Positions 47,168-60,218 are shown, numbered from the stretch's first letter. The stretch is 64,000 bases of DNA from an uncultured Clostridia bacterium (GCA_944386685.1 CALXCA010000004.1:9410-73409); one strand, 5' to 3'. A program made the numbers and translations. Notes: generated by a model not told the origin, from the sequence alone.

Positions 47168-49009
47168 TTATTCAACTGTTACAGATTTTGCAAGATTTCT
47201 TGGTTTATCAACATCTAATCCTTTTTCTTTTGAAATATAATAAGAAAGTAATTGCAAAGGAATAATTGATAATATAGGTGATAATAAAACATTTACATTT
47301 GGTACAGTAATAATAGTATCAAAATTATTAGCAGGTAATTCTTGATTTGTAATAACTAATGTTTTTGCACCACGAGTTATAACTTCTTGAATATTACTAA
47401 TTGTTTTTTCAACTAATTTTGGGTCAGAAATAATACTTATAACAGTAATTCCATTTTCAATTAGTGCAATTGGACCATGTTTTAATTCACCTGCAGCATA
47501 TGCTTCTGAATGAATATAAGAAATTTCTTTTAATTTTAAAGAAGCCTCTAATGCTGTATTATAATCAACACCTCTTCCTAAGAAAAATACGTCTTTTTCT
47601 TGATAAATGTTTTTTGCAAATTCTTGAATTCTTTTTGCACTTTTCAATGCAATTTCTATTTTGTTTGGAAGTTCTAATAATTCCTTTTTCAAATCTTTTA
47701 ATTCAAAAACTGAAGCTGTTTCTAATATTTCTGCAAAATATATAGCTAATAAAATTAACAAAACTATTTGAGAAGTATATGCTTTTGTTGAAGCAACAGC
47801 TATTTCTGGACCTGCATGTGTATAAATAGAATAATTTGCTTCTCTTGTAATAGAACTACCAATTACATTAGAAACTGCAAGTGTTGTAGCTCCTTTTGAT
47901 TTTGATAATTTTAATGCAGCAATTGTATCTGCTGTTTCTCCAGATTGTGAAATAAAAATACACAAAGTGTTTTTATCTATAATAGGATTTCTATATCTAA
48001 ATTCTGAAGCAATATCAACAGTTACAGGGATTTTGCAAAGTTTTTCAATTGCAATTTTTCCAGATAGACCTGCGTGCATTGCAGTTCCACATGCTACAAT
48101 ATATATTTTGTTAATACTTGCAAGAAAATCTTTTGTAAATTTTAAATCTTCAAAATTGCAAGGTTCGTTTTCTGGTAAGCGAGAGCCAATGGTTTCTCTT
48201 ATAGAAGTAGGTTGTTCATGTATTTCTTTTAACATATAATCATCAAAACCATTTTTATCGGCTGAGCTTGCAGACCATTCAATGTTTTTTACATTTTTAT
48301 TAATTTTATTTAAATCAATATCATAAAAATCTACTTTATCTTTTGAAAGTAGTGCAAATTCATTATCATTTAAAAGATAAAAATCTCTAGTAAATGATAA
48401 AATTGCAGGTATATCAGAAGAAATATAACATTCTCCATCACCTTTTCCTATAACTAATGGGCTATCTTTTCTAACAACTATCATGTTATTTGGCATATAC
48501 TTTGAAATTACTTGAATTGCATAACTTCCTTTTAAATCTTTGCAAGTTGATTGAACTGCACGTAATAATTTTAATTCATCATCATTTTTATCTTTTGAAT
48601 AATAATAATGAATTAGATTTGGGATAACTTCTGTATCTGTTTGAGAATAAAAAGTATATCTTTCTTTTTCTAGAAAATTCCTTAAATCACTATAATTTTC
48701 TATTATGCCATTATGAACAACAGCAAAACTTTTACTATTATCCATATGTGGATGAGAATTTTCTTTTGATGGTTTTCCATGTGTTGCCCATCTTGTATGA
48801 GCTATTCCTATTGTTCCTTGTAAATCATCAATACCTTTTAAATTATATAAATTTTTTACTCTTCCTTTATCTTTCATAACAGAAAGACCGTTTTTTTCGA
48901 TTGTAGCAATTCCTGCTGAATCATATCCTCTGTATTCTAGTCTTAAAAGACCATTAATTAATATAGGTGTAGCTTTTTTGCTTCCTATATATCCAATAAT
49001 TCCACACAT
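47168..49009 (-). CDS. glmS: Glutamine--fructose-6-phosphate aminotransferase
   Basis: MCGIIGYIG N-terminus, two SIS domains, and the C-terminal NLAKSVTVE. Confidence 0.95.
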   Translation of the reverse strand: MCGIIGYIGSKKATPILINGLLRLEYRGYDSAGIATIEKNGLSVMKDKGRVKNLYNLKGIDDLQGTIGIAHTRWATHGKPSKENSHPHMDNSKSFAVVHNGIIENYSDLRNFLEKERYTFYSQTDTEVIPNLIHYYYSKDKNDDELKLLRAVQSTCKDLKGSYAIQVISKYMPNNMIVVRKDSPLVIGKGDGECYISSDIPAILSFTRDFYLLNDNEFALLSKDKVDFYDIDLNKINKNVKNIEWSASSADKNGFDDYMLKEIHEQPTSIRETIGSRLPENEPCNFEDLKFTKDFLASINKIYIVACGTAMHAGLSGKIAIEKLCKIPVTVDIASEFRYRNPIIDKNTLCIFISQSGETADTIAALKLSKSKGATTLAVSNVIGSSITREANYSIYTHAGPEIAVASTKAYTSQIVLLILLAIYFAEILETASVFELKDLKKELLELPNKIEIALKSAKRIQEFAKNIYQEKDVFFLGRGVDYNTALEASLKLKEISYIHSEAYAAGELKHGPIALIENGITVISIISDPKLVEKTISNIQEVITRGAKTLVITNQELPANNFDTIITVPNVNVLLSPILSIIPLQLLSYYISKEKGLDVDKPRNLAKSVTVE

Positions 49010-49129
49010 TTAAAATTCCTCCTGATTTAATAAATTTATATTTTTTAATTTAAAACAAATTTTAATTTGTTTTTGTGGAATTGAAATATACAACTTATGT
49101 ATTAATTTCTGTTATAATATTACTATTAT

Positions 49130-49328
49130 TTTTTGTTTAATACTATGAATTAAGTAATTCACTAGAGCATCCGCCGAATATTTCGATAAACTCTAGACCT
49201 CGTCAACAATTTTCAAAAATTCTTTGCAGTCCTAAAATTCAAATTGGGCGAGAACAAACTAAAGAAAAATTTTTGATTTTTCGATTTGTCCTATATAATA
49301 AGAACTTTTGAATTTTGCCCTGGCGCTT
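49130..49328 (-). ncRNA. glmS ribozyme/riboswitch in the glmS leader
   Basis: The minus strand reads AGCGCCAGGGC ... UUGACGAGGUCUAGAGUUUAUCGAAAUAUUCGGCGGAUGCUCUAG, which carries the conserved core blocks of the glmS ribozyme. The 3' boundary is approximate. Confidence 0.8.
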
Positions 49329-49495
49329 AATAAAAACTCCTTTCTTAAAATTTTTTTATGAATATTTCAATTTCTATTATATTATATTACAACATTTTTG
49401 AATTTGTAGCAAGTATTTTTTTATAATGAAATAATATGCAACTTTTTGATTTCAAAAAACTGTTAATAACACTAAGCAAAAATAAAATTTAACAC

Positions 49496-49524
49496 TTGAA
49501 AATTTACATAAAATGTTATATAAT
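49496..49524 (+). promoter_or_regulatory. Promoter of the DEAH helicase gene
   Basis: TTGAAA, a 17-nt spacer, then TATAAT. The stretch ttgaaaatttacataaaatgttata is nearly identical to 39284-39310. Confidence 0.6.
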
Positions 49525-49623
49525 TAAAAAAGTACCTTGAAATTTGAAAAAATCCTTTTTTATTGTATAGAAAATCTATACAATAAAGACATTCGCTTAA
49601 ATTATATATAGGAGGAAATTAAT

Positions 49624-52221
49624 ATGTTGCCTATTGAAGCTTTCCGCGAAAAAATAGTGAATAGTGTTTTAAAAAACCGGGTAACCATTGTTACAGCTGA
49701 AACAGGTTCAGGTAAGTCGACTCAAATTCCGAAGTATTTGTCTCAGTATTTTAAGCAAGTTATTGTAACTGAGCCAAGAAGAATGGCTGCAAAAACTTTA
49801 GCGATTCGAGTTTCTGACGAACTTGAGACTCCACTTGGTAAAACAGTAGGTTATAAAACAGCCTATGACAAATGTGCTTCCAATGATAGTAAAATCATTT
49901 ATTGTACAGATGGTTTGCAACTTGTACGTTCACTTTTGGGAAGTGATGATACAAGAAGTATTATATTAGTGATAGATGAAATTCACGAATGGAATATCAA
50001 TCAGGAGCAACTCATTGCATGGACAAAAATCAAAAATATCAAAACAGTTATAATGAGTGCTACTATGGATGTACAAAGCTTAATGGATTATTATAAAGAT
50101 GAAGTTAATGCTATTTACGTTCCTGGCAGTCAGTATAAGGTTGAGATAGAAGAAAGAAGTAGTTTGGAATTTATAAAATGTATCAAAGAAAATATTTCTG
50201 CTGGTAAAAATGTTTTAGCATTTTTGCCTGGCAAGAAAGAAATTTTTGAAACAATAGAAAAACTCAAAGGAGAGAATGCAGTTGTATTTCCTCTTCATGG
50301 GGAGATGGATTGGGAAGACCAGAATAAATGCTTTAAAAAATACAAATTACCAAAAGTAATTTGTGCTACTAATGTGGCTCAAACCTCAATTACAATTCCA
50401 GATATTGACGTAGTAGTTGATCTTGGATTGGCAAGAATTTCTGATGTCAAAGATGGGATTCAAGGAGTGTTTTTGCAAAAAGTCAGCCAAGCTGATATTA
50501 TGCAGAGAGCGGGGCGCGCTGGTAGAACTAAGAATGGTAAATATATTCTGTGTTCTGATAATCTTATTAATTACAGACCTAAGTTCCAAAAACCTGAAAT
50601 TGAAAGAAGCCTTCTTGAAAGAGTTGTTCTCCAATTTGCCAATATAGGCTTAGATGCAGAAAAAATCAAATTTTTCCATCAGCCTAGTAAAGATGCTATT
50701 AGTTTAGCTAAAACAGAATTGATAAATTTGAGAGCTATGAATCAAGTTGGCATAGTAACTGATATAGGAAAAGAAATGGTCAGAATTCCTCTTAATGCCC
50801 AATTGGCTCGGATGATTGTTGAAGCTGAAAAATTTGGGGTTACTGAGGATGTAATTACAATTGCAGCTATTGTTGAGATGGGAGGATTGCTTTCAAAAGA
50901 TAAGTATTATTTTTCTTTTACTCGTGAGAGAAAGAGTGATTTGCTAGCAGAGCTTGATGTATGGAAGTACTGCAATAGCCTAGAAAAAATTGATTTTGAA
51001 AAAGAAGGAATTAATAAGAAAAACTTCTTCAAAATTAAAGAACATATTAAAGCTATTAAAGAAGCGGTTAATGGAATTATTACATTAAAAACTTCAAATA
51101 ATAGAAATGATATTTTAAGGGCTTGCATTAGTGGTTTTGTTACTCATATCTTTTTCAATAATTGGGGTGATACTTTAATTGACAAAAATGGCGTAAGCAG
51201 AAAGCTTGACCGTAAGTCTTGTATTCAAACTTATGGAAAATGTGTTTTAGGAATTCCCAAAACGATTGAGTTTAAAAATTGCTATGGATATCTTTCAAAA
51301 ATGGAATTGGTGACTTTTGCAACAGAAATTGATGAAGATACGGCTCTAGAGATTGTTCCTCAAAGTTATATTTCTTCTAAAACTTCTGAAATTTATTCTG
51401 CCGAAGAAGATGTTGTTGTACAAAGAACAATTAAGAACATTTTGAATTTCCCTGTGAAAGTGATTGATATTAAGGAATATAACCATCCTAAATATGAAGA
51501 ACTTAAGCAGGAGTATATGTCTGCATTTGGCGATTATTATAACTTTAATCGAGATTCTAAGAAAAATCGAATTAGAATTCAAGGAAAAGAATACATAGTT
51601 TTTTTGGATGGCAAAGACCCATATATTCAGGTTGATACTTATGATTTGTTTAACATTGAAGAGGAAAAAATCACTTTGAATGATGGAACTATTGCAACAG
51701 TAAAATGCAAAGGTAAATCTAGTAAAAGTATTACAGCTCTTAAATCAATGGTATATGAGTATGTATCTGTAATTATCAGAAAAAGTAACCGTGAAAAATA
51801 CAATAAAAATATTGTGAATTCTATCTTGGATTTTGATTTGATTAAAGAAAAATTGGGCAAGATTAAATTAAAAGGAGAGGATTTTGGTTATAGCAACATA
51901 ACCGTTGATGCTTTTGGCTGTTTGAAGATTCAGAAAGATGGGAGAGTTGTTTTAGACATCGTAGAAGATGAAACTACTGCAAAAAAGCATACGGAAGAAG
52001 CAATTCAATATTTAGCAATGAGAAAGCTAAAAAAAGAATATGTGGATTCTAAATTCAGTCATCAGACAGGCAAGAAGAGAAAGGAGTTAAGCGAAGAAGA
52101 GAAGAAGATAAAAGAGGATTTTTGGCATCTAGCTATAGATGTCGTTGCCTTTATGGATTCAACAAATGTGGAAGAGTCTCTGCAATTCATTGAAGAATAT
52201 TATGCAGAGCTTATGAGCTAA
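49624..52221 (+). CDS. DEAH/RHA-type (HrpA/HrpB-like) helicase, 865 aa, with an uncharacterised C-terminal region of about 290 aa
   Basis: Motif I AETGSGKST, motif II DEIHE, motif III SAT, motif VI QRAGRAGR. An HA2/OB-like region follows. aggagg RBS. Confidence 0.85.
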   Translation: MLPIEAFREKIVNSVLKNRVTIVTAETGSGKSTQIPKYLSQYFKQVIVTEPRRMAAKTLAIRVSDELETPLGKTVGYKTAYDKCASNDSKIIYCTDGLQLVRSLLGSDDTRSIILVIDEIHEWNINQEQLIAWTKIKNIKTVIMSATMDVQSLMDYYKDEVNAIYVPGSQYKVEIEERSSLEFIKCIKENISAGKNVLAFLPGKKEIFETIEKLKGENAVVFPLHGEMDWEDQNKCFKKYKLPKVICATNVAQTSITIPDIDVVVDLGLARISDVKDGIQGVFLQKVSQADIMQRAGRAGRTKNGKYILCSDNLINYRPKFQKPEIERSLLERVVLQFANIGLDAEKIKFFHQPSKDAISLAKTELINLRAMNQVGIVTDIGKEMVRIPLNAQLARMIVEAEKFGVTEDVITIAAIVEMGGLLSKDKYYFSFTRERKSDLLAELDVWKYCNSLEKIDFEKEGINKKNFFKIKEHIKAIKEAVNGIITLKTSNNRNDILRACISGFVTHIFFNNWGDTLIDKNGVSRKLDRKSCIQTYGKCVLGIPKTIEFKNCYGYLSKMELVTFATEIDEDTALEIVPQSYISSKTSEIYSAEEDVVVQRTIKNILNFPVKVIDIKEYNHPKYEELKQEYMSAFGDYYNFNRDSKKNRIRIQGKEYIVFLDGKDPYIQVDTYDLFNIEEEKITLNDGTIATVKCKGKSSKSITALKSMVYEYVSVIIRKSNREKYNKNIVNSILDFDLIKEKLGKIKLKGEDFGYSNITVDAFGCLKIQKDGRVVLDIVEDETTAKKHTEEAIQYLAMRKLKKEYVDSKFSHQTGKKRKELSEEEKKIKEDFWHLAIDVVAFMDSTNVEESLQFIEEYYAELMS

Positions 52222-52241
52222 AAGAAAGAGAGGTGAAAAAA

Positions 52242-52283
52242 ACTAGCTATTTTGACAAATGTCAAAGTAGCTAGTTTTTTTTT
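52242..52283 (+). terminator. Strong rho-independent terminator after the helicase gene
   Basis: actagctattttgac / gtcaaagtagctagt stem followed by a 9-nt T-run. Confidence 0.8.
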
Positions 52284-52640
52284 CGAAAAGTAGGTAGTTT
52301 TTTTAAAAAATCAGTTGACAAGCCTATATAAAATATGATAAAATAATATGCGTATAAATTTGCAAAATGGTAATTTGTTACATATTATTTAACACTTTTA
52401 AATAAGTTCAAAATGTGATAAGATGTATATTTTAAGTCAAAAACAAATTACTAAAAATTAATTCAAAACGGATAAAATTTAGAAAAATAAGAATTAAATA
52501 TAAAAGAAGCAAAGCGGAGAAAATTGTAAAAGCAGACAATTATCAAAACTTTGCTAAATTATATTATAAGAGGGGATTTTTCTAATTTAAATATTTATCA
52601 ACATTTTTTACTGCTTAATATTTAATAAGGAGTGATTTTT

Positions 52641-55600
52641 TTGAAAATCAAAGATGTTAATTTCGGAAGAACAACCCGTAAAGATTTCTCAAAAGTTGGC
52701 GACTTTATAGAAATGCCAAATTTAATCAAAGTTCAAAAAGATTCTTATGACTGGTTTGTAGAAGAAGGTCTAGGAGAAGTATTAAGAGACATATCTCCAA
52801 TTGTAGACTACACAGGAAATCTAGTACTAGAATTTTTTGATTATTACATGGAAGACAAAACAAAATACACTGAAGAAGAAGCAAAAGAAAGAGATGCAAC
52901 ATATTCAACAAGATTACATGTAAAAGTAAGATTAATAAACCGTGAATCTGGAGAAATAAAAGAACAAGAAATCTATTTAGGCGACTTTCCACTAATGACA
53001 GAAAGTGGAACATTTATAATAAATGGAGCAGAAAGAGTTGTAGTAAGCCAATTAGTACGTTCACCAGGATGTTATTATGATGAAATATTTGACACAAAAA
53101 CAGGAAAGAAAACATACACATCAACAATTATGCCATTAAGAGGAGCATGGCTAGAATATGAAACAGACGGAAATGATATGATGTGGGTACGTGTAGACAG
53201 AACAAGAAAAATACCAATAACAACATTATTAAGAGCAATTGGACTTGTATCTGATGACCAAATAAGATCATTATTTGGAGAAGAGCCATTAATAGAAACT
53301 ACAATTCAAAAAGACCCAATAAAAACAGGAGAAGATGCATTAATAGAAATATACAAAAAATTAAGACCTGGAGAATTACCAACAGTTGATGCAGCAAGAA
53401 GTTTATTTAATGGATTATTCTTTGATAATAGAAGATATGATTTGGCAAAAGTTGGAAGATTCAAATTTAACCAAAAATTAAGTATAGCAAATAGAATAAA
53501 AAATCAAGTAGCATTTGAAGACATAATGGATAAAGAAACAGGAGAGGTATTTGTTACAGCAGGAGAAGTTATTACACCAGAAATGGCAGAAACAATTCAA
53601 AACGCAGGAATAAATGTAGTTGATATAAAAATAAATGATAAAAAAGTAAGAATTATAGGAAATGGAATAGTAAATATTCATGCAGTATTACCAAATGTTG
53701 ATTTAAGCAGTTTACACATAAAAGAATATGTAAACTATGAAGTGTTAAAAAATATTATGGAAAACACTTCTGAAGAAGATTTAGTAAAAACACTAAAACA
53801 AAGAGAAGAAGAACTAGTTCCAAAATATATTACAACAGAAGATATGATTTCATCTGTAAACTTTTTATTAAACATGTACCATGGATATGGAAAAGCAGAT
53901 GACATAGACCATTTAGCAAACCGTAGAATAAGATGTGTAGGAGAATTATTACAAAATCAATTTAGAATTGGTTTAGCAAGACTAGAAAGAGTAGTACGTG
54001 AAAGAATGACAATTCAAGACTTAGATGTAATTACACCACAAACATTAATAAACACAAAACCAATTACATCATCAATAAGAGAATTCTTTGGAAGTTCACA
54101 ATTATCACAATTCATGGATCAAACAAATCCACTTTCAGAATTAACACATAAAAGAAGAATTTCAGCATTAGGACCAGGAGGATTATCAAGAGAAAGAGCT
54201 GGATTTGAAGTTCGTGATATTCACTATACACATTATGGTAGATTATGTCCAATAGAATCACCAGAAGGACCAAACATTGGATTAATATCAGCATTATCAT
54301 CATTTGCGAATATAAATGAATATGGATTTATTGAAACACCATATAGAAAAATAGATCCAGAAACACATAGAGTAACAGATATTGTTGAATATATGAGTGC
54401 AGATGTTGAAGATAATTACATGATAGCACAAGCATCAGAACCTATGAATGAAAATGGTGAATTTATAAATCAACGAGTACGTGTAAGACACCAAAATGAA
54501 ATAATAGAAGTTGATAAAGATTTAGTTCAATATATAGATGTATCACCAAAACAATTAGTATCTATTGCAGCAGCAATGATACCATTCCTAGAAAATGATG
54601 ACGCAAAACGTTCTTTAATGGGTTCAAACATGCAACGTCAAGCAGTTCCATTAATGACATCAGAAGCACCAATTATTGCAACAGGTATAGAATATAGAGC
54701 AGCAAAAGATTCTGGAATACTAGTATTAGCAGAAGAAGATGGTGTTGTAGAAAAAGTTACTGGAGACAGTATTACAATGAAATATGAAAATGGTAAAACT
54801 GTTGTCCATAAATTACGTAAATTCAAAAGAACAAATGGTGGAACATGTATAAACCAAAGACCAATTGTTGTAAAAGGAGAAAAAGTTAAAAAAGGTGATG
54901 CTATTGCAGATGGACCTGCAACAAAAGATGGAGAAATGTCATTAGGAAAAAATATGTTAGTAGCATTCTCAACATGGGAAGGATATAACTACGAAGACGC
55001 TATATTATTAAATGAAAGATTAGTACAAGAAGACATATTTACATCAATACATATAGAAGAATATGATTGTGAATGTCGTGACACAAAATTAGGTCCAGAA
55101 GAAATAACTAGAGATATACCAAATATTGGTGATGATGCATTAAAAGACTTAGATGAAAACGGAATTATTAGAATAGGGGCAGAAGTTAGACCTGGAGACA
55201 TATTAGTTGGAAAAGTTACACCAAAAGGAGAAACAGATTTAACAGCAGAAGAAAGACTATTAAGAGCAATATTTGGAGAAAAAGCAAGAGAAGTTAGAGA
55301 TACATCATTACGTGTACCACATGGAGAAGCAGGAACAATTGTTGATGTAAAAATATTTACAAGAGACAATTCAGAAGAATTAGGACCTGGGGTAAATCAA
55401 GTAATTAGATGTTATATTGCAACAAAGAGAAAAATTTCTGTAGGAGATAAAATGGCTGGTCGTCATGGAAATAAAGGTGTTATATCAAGAATACTACCAG
55501 CAGAAGATATGCCATTTTTACCTGATGGAACACCAATAGATATTTTATTAAATCCATTAGGTATACCATCTCGTATGAATTTAGGTCAAATACTAGAAGT

Positions 55601-56381
55601 TCACTTAGGAGCAGCTGCAAGAGCTTTAGGATGGAAAGTATCTACACCAGTATTTGATGGAGCATCAGATCAAGAAATAGAAGAACTACTAAAAGAAGCA
55701 GGATTATCACCAGATGGAAAACAAACATTATATGATGGAAGAACTGGAGAACCATTTGCAAGTCCAATTACAGTTGGAGTAATGTACATGTTAAAATTAC
55801 ATCACTTAGTAGATGATAAAATACATGCTCGTTCTACAGGACCATATTCACTAGTAACACAACAACCTTTAGGTGGAAAAGCACAATTTGGTGGACAACG
55901 TTTTGGAGAAATGGAAGTTTGGGCATTAGAAGCATATGGAGCAGCATATACACTACAAGAAATACTTACAATAAAATCAGATGATGTTGTTGGACGTGTT
56001 AAAGCATATGAAGCAATAGTTAAAGGAGAAAATATTCCAGAACCAGGAGTTCCAGAAAGCTTTAAAGTTCTTGTAAAAGAATTACAAGCATTAGGACTTG
56101 ATATTAGACTATTCTCAGAAGATAACCAAGAACTTGAACTAAAAGAACATATAGACGAAGGTATAGATTATGAGGATGTTGAAAAAGAAAAAGTTCTTAC
56201 AGAAGAAGATGTATTAAACTTATCAGATTTAGAAGATGGTTATAAAGAAGAAGAAATGGTTGATGAAGAAGAAGAAAGTGATGAACTTTTTGATGAAGAT
56301 AATTTTGATGATGATGAAGACATTTATGATAATGATATGGCAAATGATAATCTAGATAATGATAATGACATTATAGAATAA
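52641..56381 (+). CDS. rpoB: DNA-directed RNA polymerase subunit beta, with an acidic D/E/N-rich C-terminal tail
   Basis: Conserved throughout (for example [29 protein letters not shown]). I preferred TTG 52641 as the start because the track's GTG 52632 overlaps the aaggag RBS. Confidence 0.95.
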   Translation: MKIKDVNFGRTTRKDFSKVGDFIEMPNLIKVQKDSYDWFVEEGLGEVLRDISPIVDYTGNLVLEFFDYYMEDKTKYTEEEAKERDATYSTRLHVKVRLINRESGEIKEQEIYLGDFPLMTESGTFIINGAERVVVSQLVRSPGCYYDEIFDTKTGKKTYTSTIMPLRGAWLEYETDGNDMMWVRVDRTRKIPITTLLRAIGLVSDDQIRSLFGEEPLIETTIQKDPIKTGEDALIEIYKKLRPGELPTVDAARSLFNGLFFDNRRYDLAKVGRFKFNQKLSIANRIKNQVAFEDIMDKETGEVFVTAGEVITPEMAETIQNAGINVVDIKINDKKVRIIGNGIVNIHAVLPNVDLSSLHIKEYVNYEVLKNIMENTSEEDLVKTLKQREEELVPKYITTEDMISSVNFLLNMYHGYGKADDIDHLANRRIRCVGELLQNQFRIGLARLERVVRERMTIQDLDVITPQTLINTKPITSSIREFFGSSQLSQFMDQTNPLSELTHKRRISALGPGGLSRERAGFEVRDIHYTHYGRLCPIESPEGPNIGLISALSSFANINEYGFIETPYRKIDPETHRVTDIVEYMSADVEDNYMIAQASEPMNENGEFINQRVRVRHQNEIIEVDKDLVQYIDVSPKQLVSIAAAMIPFLENDDAKRSLMGSNMQRQAVPLMTSEAPIIATGIEYRAAKDSGILVLAEEDGVVEKVTGDSITMKYENGKTVVHKLRKFKRTNGGTCINQRPIVVKGEKVKKGDAIADGPATKDGEMSLGKNMLVAFSTWEGYNYEDAILLNERLVQEDIFTSIHIEEYDCECRDTKLGPEEITRDIPNIGDDALKDLDENGIIRIGAEVRPGDILVGKVTPKGETDLTAEERLLRAIFGEKAREVRDTSLRVPHGEAGTIVDVKIFTRDNSEELGPGVNQVIRCYIATKRKISVGDKMAGRHGNKGVISRILPAEDMPFLPDGTPIDILLNPLGIPSRMNLGQILEVHLGAAARALGWKVSTPVFDGASDQEIEELLKEAGLSPDGKQTLYDGRTGEPFASPITVGVMYMLKLHHLVDDKIHARSTGPYSLVTQQPLGGKAQFGGQRFGEMEVWALEAYGAAYTLQEILTIKSDDVVGRVKAYEAIVKGENIPEPGVPESFKVLVKELQALGLDIRLFSEDNQELELKEHIDEGIDYEDVEKEKVLTEEDVLNLSDLEDGYKEEEMVDEEEESDELFDEDNFDDDEDIYDNDMANDNLDNDNDIIE

Positions 56382-56566
56382 GTATAAAACCTAATTGTAA
56401 AAAGTATCAAGAGCTGGCAAATTAAATAATGCTAGTTCTTGATAAGATAATTTAATAAATTTTTAAAAATATTTTATATGACATAAAAATTTGCAGGAGC
56501 GGGGGATATGTAAATTATTGTTTAAAAATTACCCAAAAAATTTAAGAAGGGGGACATCTAATAAAG

Positions 56567-59500
56567 ATGGAAGAAGACGAATTAGAGATATTTAACAAAT
56601 TAAAGATAGGAATTGCATCAGATGAAAAAATAAGAGAATGGTCAAAAGGTGAAGTTAAAAAGCCAGAGACAATAAATTATAGAACACTAAAACCAGAAAA
56701 AGATGGATTATTTTGTGAAAAAATATTTGGACCAACAAAAGACTGGGAATGTCACTGTGGAAAATATAAAAGAGTAAGATATAAAGGAATAGTATGTGAT
56801 AGATGTGGTGTAGAAGTTACAAAATCAAAAGTAAGACGTGAAAGAATGGGGCACATAGAACTAGCAGCACCAGTGGCTCATATATGGTATTTTAAAGGAA
56901 TTCCAAGTAGAATTGCATTGATGTTAGATATATCACCAAGAAATCTTGAAAAAGTAATATATTTTGCTGCATATATTGTAACAGATAAAGGAACATCTGG
57001 ATTAGAAAAATGCCAAATATTAACTGAAAAAGAGTATCATGAAGCTGAAGAAAAATATGGAAAAAAATCATTTAAAGCAGAAATGGGAGCAGAAGCAATC
57101 AGAAAACTATTAGAGGAGATTGACTTAGAAAAATTAACTGCACAAATAGAAAAAGACATAGAAAATGCAAGTGAACAAAGAAAAGCAAAATTAATAAAAA
57201 GATTAGATACTGTAGAAGCATTTTATCAATCAGGAAATAGACCTGAATGGATGGTAATGAATGTCATACCAGTTATTCCACCAGATTTAAGACCAATGGT
57301 ACAATTAGATGGTGGTAGATTTGCAACATCAGATTTAAATGATTTATATAGAAGAGTAATAAACAGAAATAATAGATTAAAAAGATTACTAGAACTTGGT
57401 GCACCAGAAATAATAGTAAGAAACGAAAAAAGAATGTTACAAGAATCTGTTGATGCATTAATAGACAACTCAAGAAGAGGAAGACCTGTTACAGGAGCTG
57501 GAAATAGACCATTAAAATCTTTATCAGATTTATTAAAAGGAAAACAAGGAAGATTCCGTCAAAACCTATTAGGAAAGAGAGTTGACTATTCAGGACGTTC
57601 AGTAATCGTAGTAGGACCAGAACTAAAAATTTATCAATGTGGTCTACCAAAAGAAATGGCAATAGAATTATTCAAACCATTTGTAATGAAAGAACTAGTT
57701 GCAAGACATATAGCACATAACATAAAAAATGCAAAAAGAATGGTAGAAAGATTAAGCCCAGAAGTATGGGGAATACTAGAAGATGTTATAAAAGATCATC
57801 CAGTAATGTTAAACAGAGCACCTACATTACACAGATTAGGTATACAAGCATTTGAACCTGTTTTAGTAGAAGGTAGAGCAATAAAATTACATGCATTAGT
57901 ATGTGAAGCATTTAATGCAGACTTTGATGGTGACCAAATGGCAGTACACTTACCATTAACACCAGAAGCTCAAGCAGAATCAAGATATTTAATGATAGCA
58001 ACAAATAACCTTTTAAAACCACAAGATGGTAAACCTGTTGCTGTACCAAGACTAGATATGATTTTAGGAAGTTATTATTTAACAATGGTACTAGATGGAG
58101 AATTAGGTGAAGGAAAATACTTTAAAGATCCTGATGAAGCATTATTAGCTTATCAAAATGAAGCTGTATCAATACATGCAAAAATACATGTAAGAATAAC
58201 AAAAGAAATTGATGGAGAAATAAAATCAAAAACTATTGAAACAAGTGTAGGAAGAATAATCTTTAACCAAGGAATTCCACAAGACCTAGGATTTATAGAT
58301 AGAAAACAAGATCCATTCCAATATGAAATTGATTTTCCAGTTATGAAAAAGTCAATGGGAACAATAATAGAAAGAACAATAGATAAACATGGATTAATTG
58401 AATCTGCAGAAGTAATAGACTATATTAAAGAACTTGGATTTAAATACTCAACACTTGCAGGAATAACATTCTCAGTTGCAGATGTAAAAGTTCCAGATGC
58501 TAAAAAAGATATTTTAGCACAAGCTGACCAAGAAGTTGAAAAAGTTAGAAAACAATATAGAAGAGGTTTAATTACTGATGATGAAAGATATCAATCAATA
58601 GTTAATATCTGGGAAAAAGCAACAAATGATGTAAGTAAGGCAATGGAAGAAAACTTTGATGATTTAAACCCAATATATATGATGGTAAAATCAGGAGCCC
58701 GTGGTAATATGAACCAATTAAGACAAATTGCAGGTATGAGAGGACTTATGGCAAGTACAACAGGTAAAGCAGTAGAAATACCAATTCGTTCTTGTTTCCG
58801 CGAAGGTCTAGATGCATTGGAATATTTCATATCTTCACATGGTGCACGTAAAGGACTTTCAGATACAGCTTTAAGAACAGCAGACTCTGGATATTTAACA
58901 AGAAGATTAGTAGATGTATCACAAGATATTATAGTAAGAGAACATGACTGTGGAACTACAGATGGATTAACTATAGAAGATATTAAAGATGGAAATCAAA
59001 TTGTTGAGGGATTACAAGAAAGACTTGAAGGAAGATTCCCATTAAATGATATTATAGACCCACAAACAAATGAAGTTATAGTAGATACAAATACTATGAT
59101 AAATAAGGAAATTGCAAAACGTATAGTAGATGCAGGTATTACAAAAGTTGTAGTACGTTCTGTAATTGCTTGTAGAGGAAAACATGGTGTATGTCAAAAA
59201 TGTTATGGTATGGGACTAGCAAGAAGAGATTTAGTATCAATTGGAGAATCTGTAGGTATTATAGCTGCACAGTCAATAGGTGAACCAGGAACACAGCTAA
59301 CAATGAGAACAATACATTCTGGTGGTGTAGCAGGTGTAGCAGATATAACACAAGGTCTTCCAAGAGTTGAAGAAATCTTTGAAGCTAGAAAACCAAAGGG
59401 AGTAGCAGTAATTACAGAAATAGATGGTAAAGTAAAAATTTCTGAATCAAAGAAAAAATTAGAAGTAATAGTTACATCTAAAGACGATTCTAGAACATAT

Positions 59501-60181
59501 GTAATACCATTTGGTTCAAAACTAAAAGTTAAAGATGGAGATGACGTTAAAGCTGCAGATCCATTAATAGAAGGTTCAATAAATCCATCAGAAATTTTAG
59601 CTATAAAAGGACCTGAAGGAGTTTATGAATATGTAATTTCTGAAATTCAAAAAGCATATAGAAATCAAGGTGTTGATATAAATGATAAACACGTTGAAGT
59701 AATTGCAAGACAAATGCTTCGTAAAGTTAGAGTTGATGATGGTGGAGATACAGATATGTTCCCAGGATCATTAGTTGATATGTATGAATTTGAGGATAAA
59801 AATAAAGAAGCATCAGCACAAGGTAAACGTCCTGCAACAGGAAAAAGAGTATTACTAGGAATAACGAAAGCTTCACTTGCAACAGATAGCTTCTTATCTG
59901 CAGCATCATTCCAAGAAACAACAAGAGTATTAACAGAAGCTGCCATAAAAGGTAAAGAAGATGATTTAATAGGATTAAAAGAAAATGTTATTATTGGTAA
60001 ATTAATTCCTGCGGGTACAGGCATGAAGAGATATCAAGATGTAAGAATAGAAGTTGAAGGAGAAGAAAAAACTCAACAAGAAGAACAACAAGAAGAACAA
60101 CAAGCGGAAAATACAAACCAAGAAAATCAAGAACAAAAACAAGAGCAAGATGAAACACAAGAAACTTCAGAAGAAAACTAA
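56567..60181 (+). CDS. rpoC: DNA-directed RNA polymerase subunit beta', with a Q/E-rich C-terminal tail
   Basis: Zinc finger [23 protein letters not shown], and the catalytic NADFDGD. Confidence 0.95.
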   Translation: MEEDELEIFNKLKIGIASDEKIREWSKGEVKKPETINYRTLKPEKDGLFCEKIFGPTKDWECHCGKYKRVRYKGIVCDRCGVEVTKSKVRRERMGHIELAAPVAHIWYFKGIPSRIALMLDISPRNLEKVIYFAAYIVTDKGTSGLEKCQILTEKEYHEAEEKYGKKSFKAEMGAEAIRKLLEEIDLEKLTAQIEKDIENASEQRKAKLIKRLDTVEAFYQSGNRPEWMVMNVIPVIPPDLRPMVQLDGGRFATSDLNDLYRRVINRNNRLKRLLELGAPEIIVRNEKRMLQESVDALIDNSRRGRPVTGAGNRPLKSLSDLLKGKQGRFRQNLLGKRVDYSGRSVIVVGPELKIYQCGLPKEMAIELFKPFVMKELVARHIAHNIKNAKRMVERLSPEVWGILEDVIKDHPVMLNRAPTLHRLGIQAFEPVLVEGRAIKLHALVCEAFNADFDGDQMAVHLPLTPEAQAESRYLMIATNNLLKPQDGKPVAVPRLDMILGSYYLTMVLDGELGEGKYFKDPDEALLAYQNEAVSIHAKIHVRITKEIDGEIKSKTIETSVGRIIFNQGIPQDLGFIDRKQDPFQYEIDFPVMKKSMGTIIERTIDKHGLIESAEVIDYIKELGFKYSTLAGITFSVADVKVPDAKKDILAQADQEVEKVRKQYRRGLITDDERYQSIVNIWEKATNDVSKAMEENFDDLNPIYMMVKSGARGNMNQLRQIAGMRGLMASTTGKAVEIPIRSCFREGLDALEYFISSHGARKGLSDTALRTADSGYLTRRLVDVSQDIIVREHDCGTTDGLTIEDIKDGNQIVEGLQERLEGRFPLNDIIDPQTNEVIVDTNTMINKEIAKRIVDAGITKVVVRSVIACRGKHGVCQKCYGMGLARRDLVSIGESVGIIAAQSIGEPGTQLTMRTIHSGGVAGVADITQGLPRVEEIFEARKPKGVAVITEIDGKVKISESKKKLEVIVTSKDDSRTYVIPFGSKLKVKDGDDVKAADPLIEGSINPSEILAIKGPEGVYEYVISEIQKAYRNQGVDINDKHVEVIARQMLRKVRVDDGGDTDMFPGSLVDMYEFEDKNKEASAQGKRPATGKRVLLGITKASLATDSFLSAASFQETTRVLTEAAIKGKEDDLIGLKENVIIGKLIPAGTGMKRYQDVRIEVEGEEKTQQEEQQEEQQAENTNQENQEQKQEQDETQETSEEN

Positions 60182-60218
60182 AAAATAAGAACCTTAGGGA
60201 GAAGATTCCTTAGGGTTC

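Noticed and set aside
49130-49328. A possible unusual insertion or pseudoknot in the P1 region of the glmS ribozyme (GGGC/AAAATTCAAA ... GCCC/TTTGAATTTT).
   Set aside because: P1 is known to vary in length, and I cannot fold the RNA reliably by eye. The conserved core blocks are present, so I treat it as an ordinary glmS ribozyme.
52632-52640. The GTG start proposed by the ORF track for rpoB.
   Set aside because: That GTG overlaps the aaggag Shine-Dalgarno sequence (52627-52632). The in-frame TTG at 52641 has proper spacing, so I preferred it. This is a minor annotation issue only.
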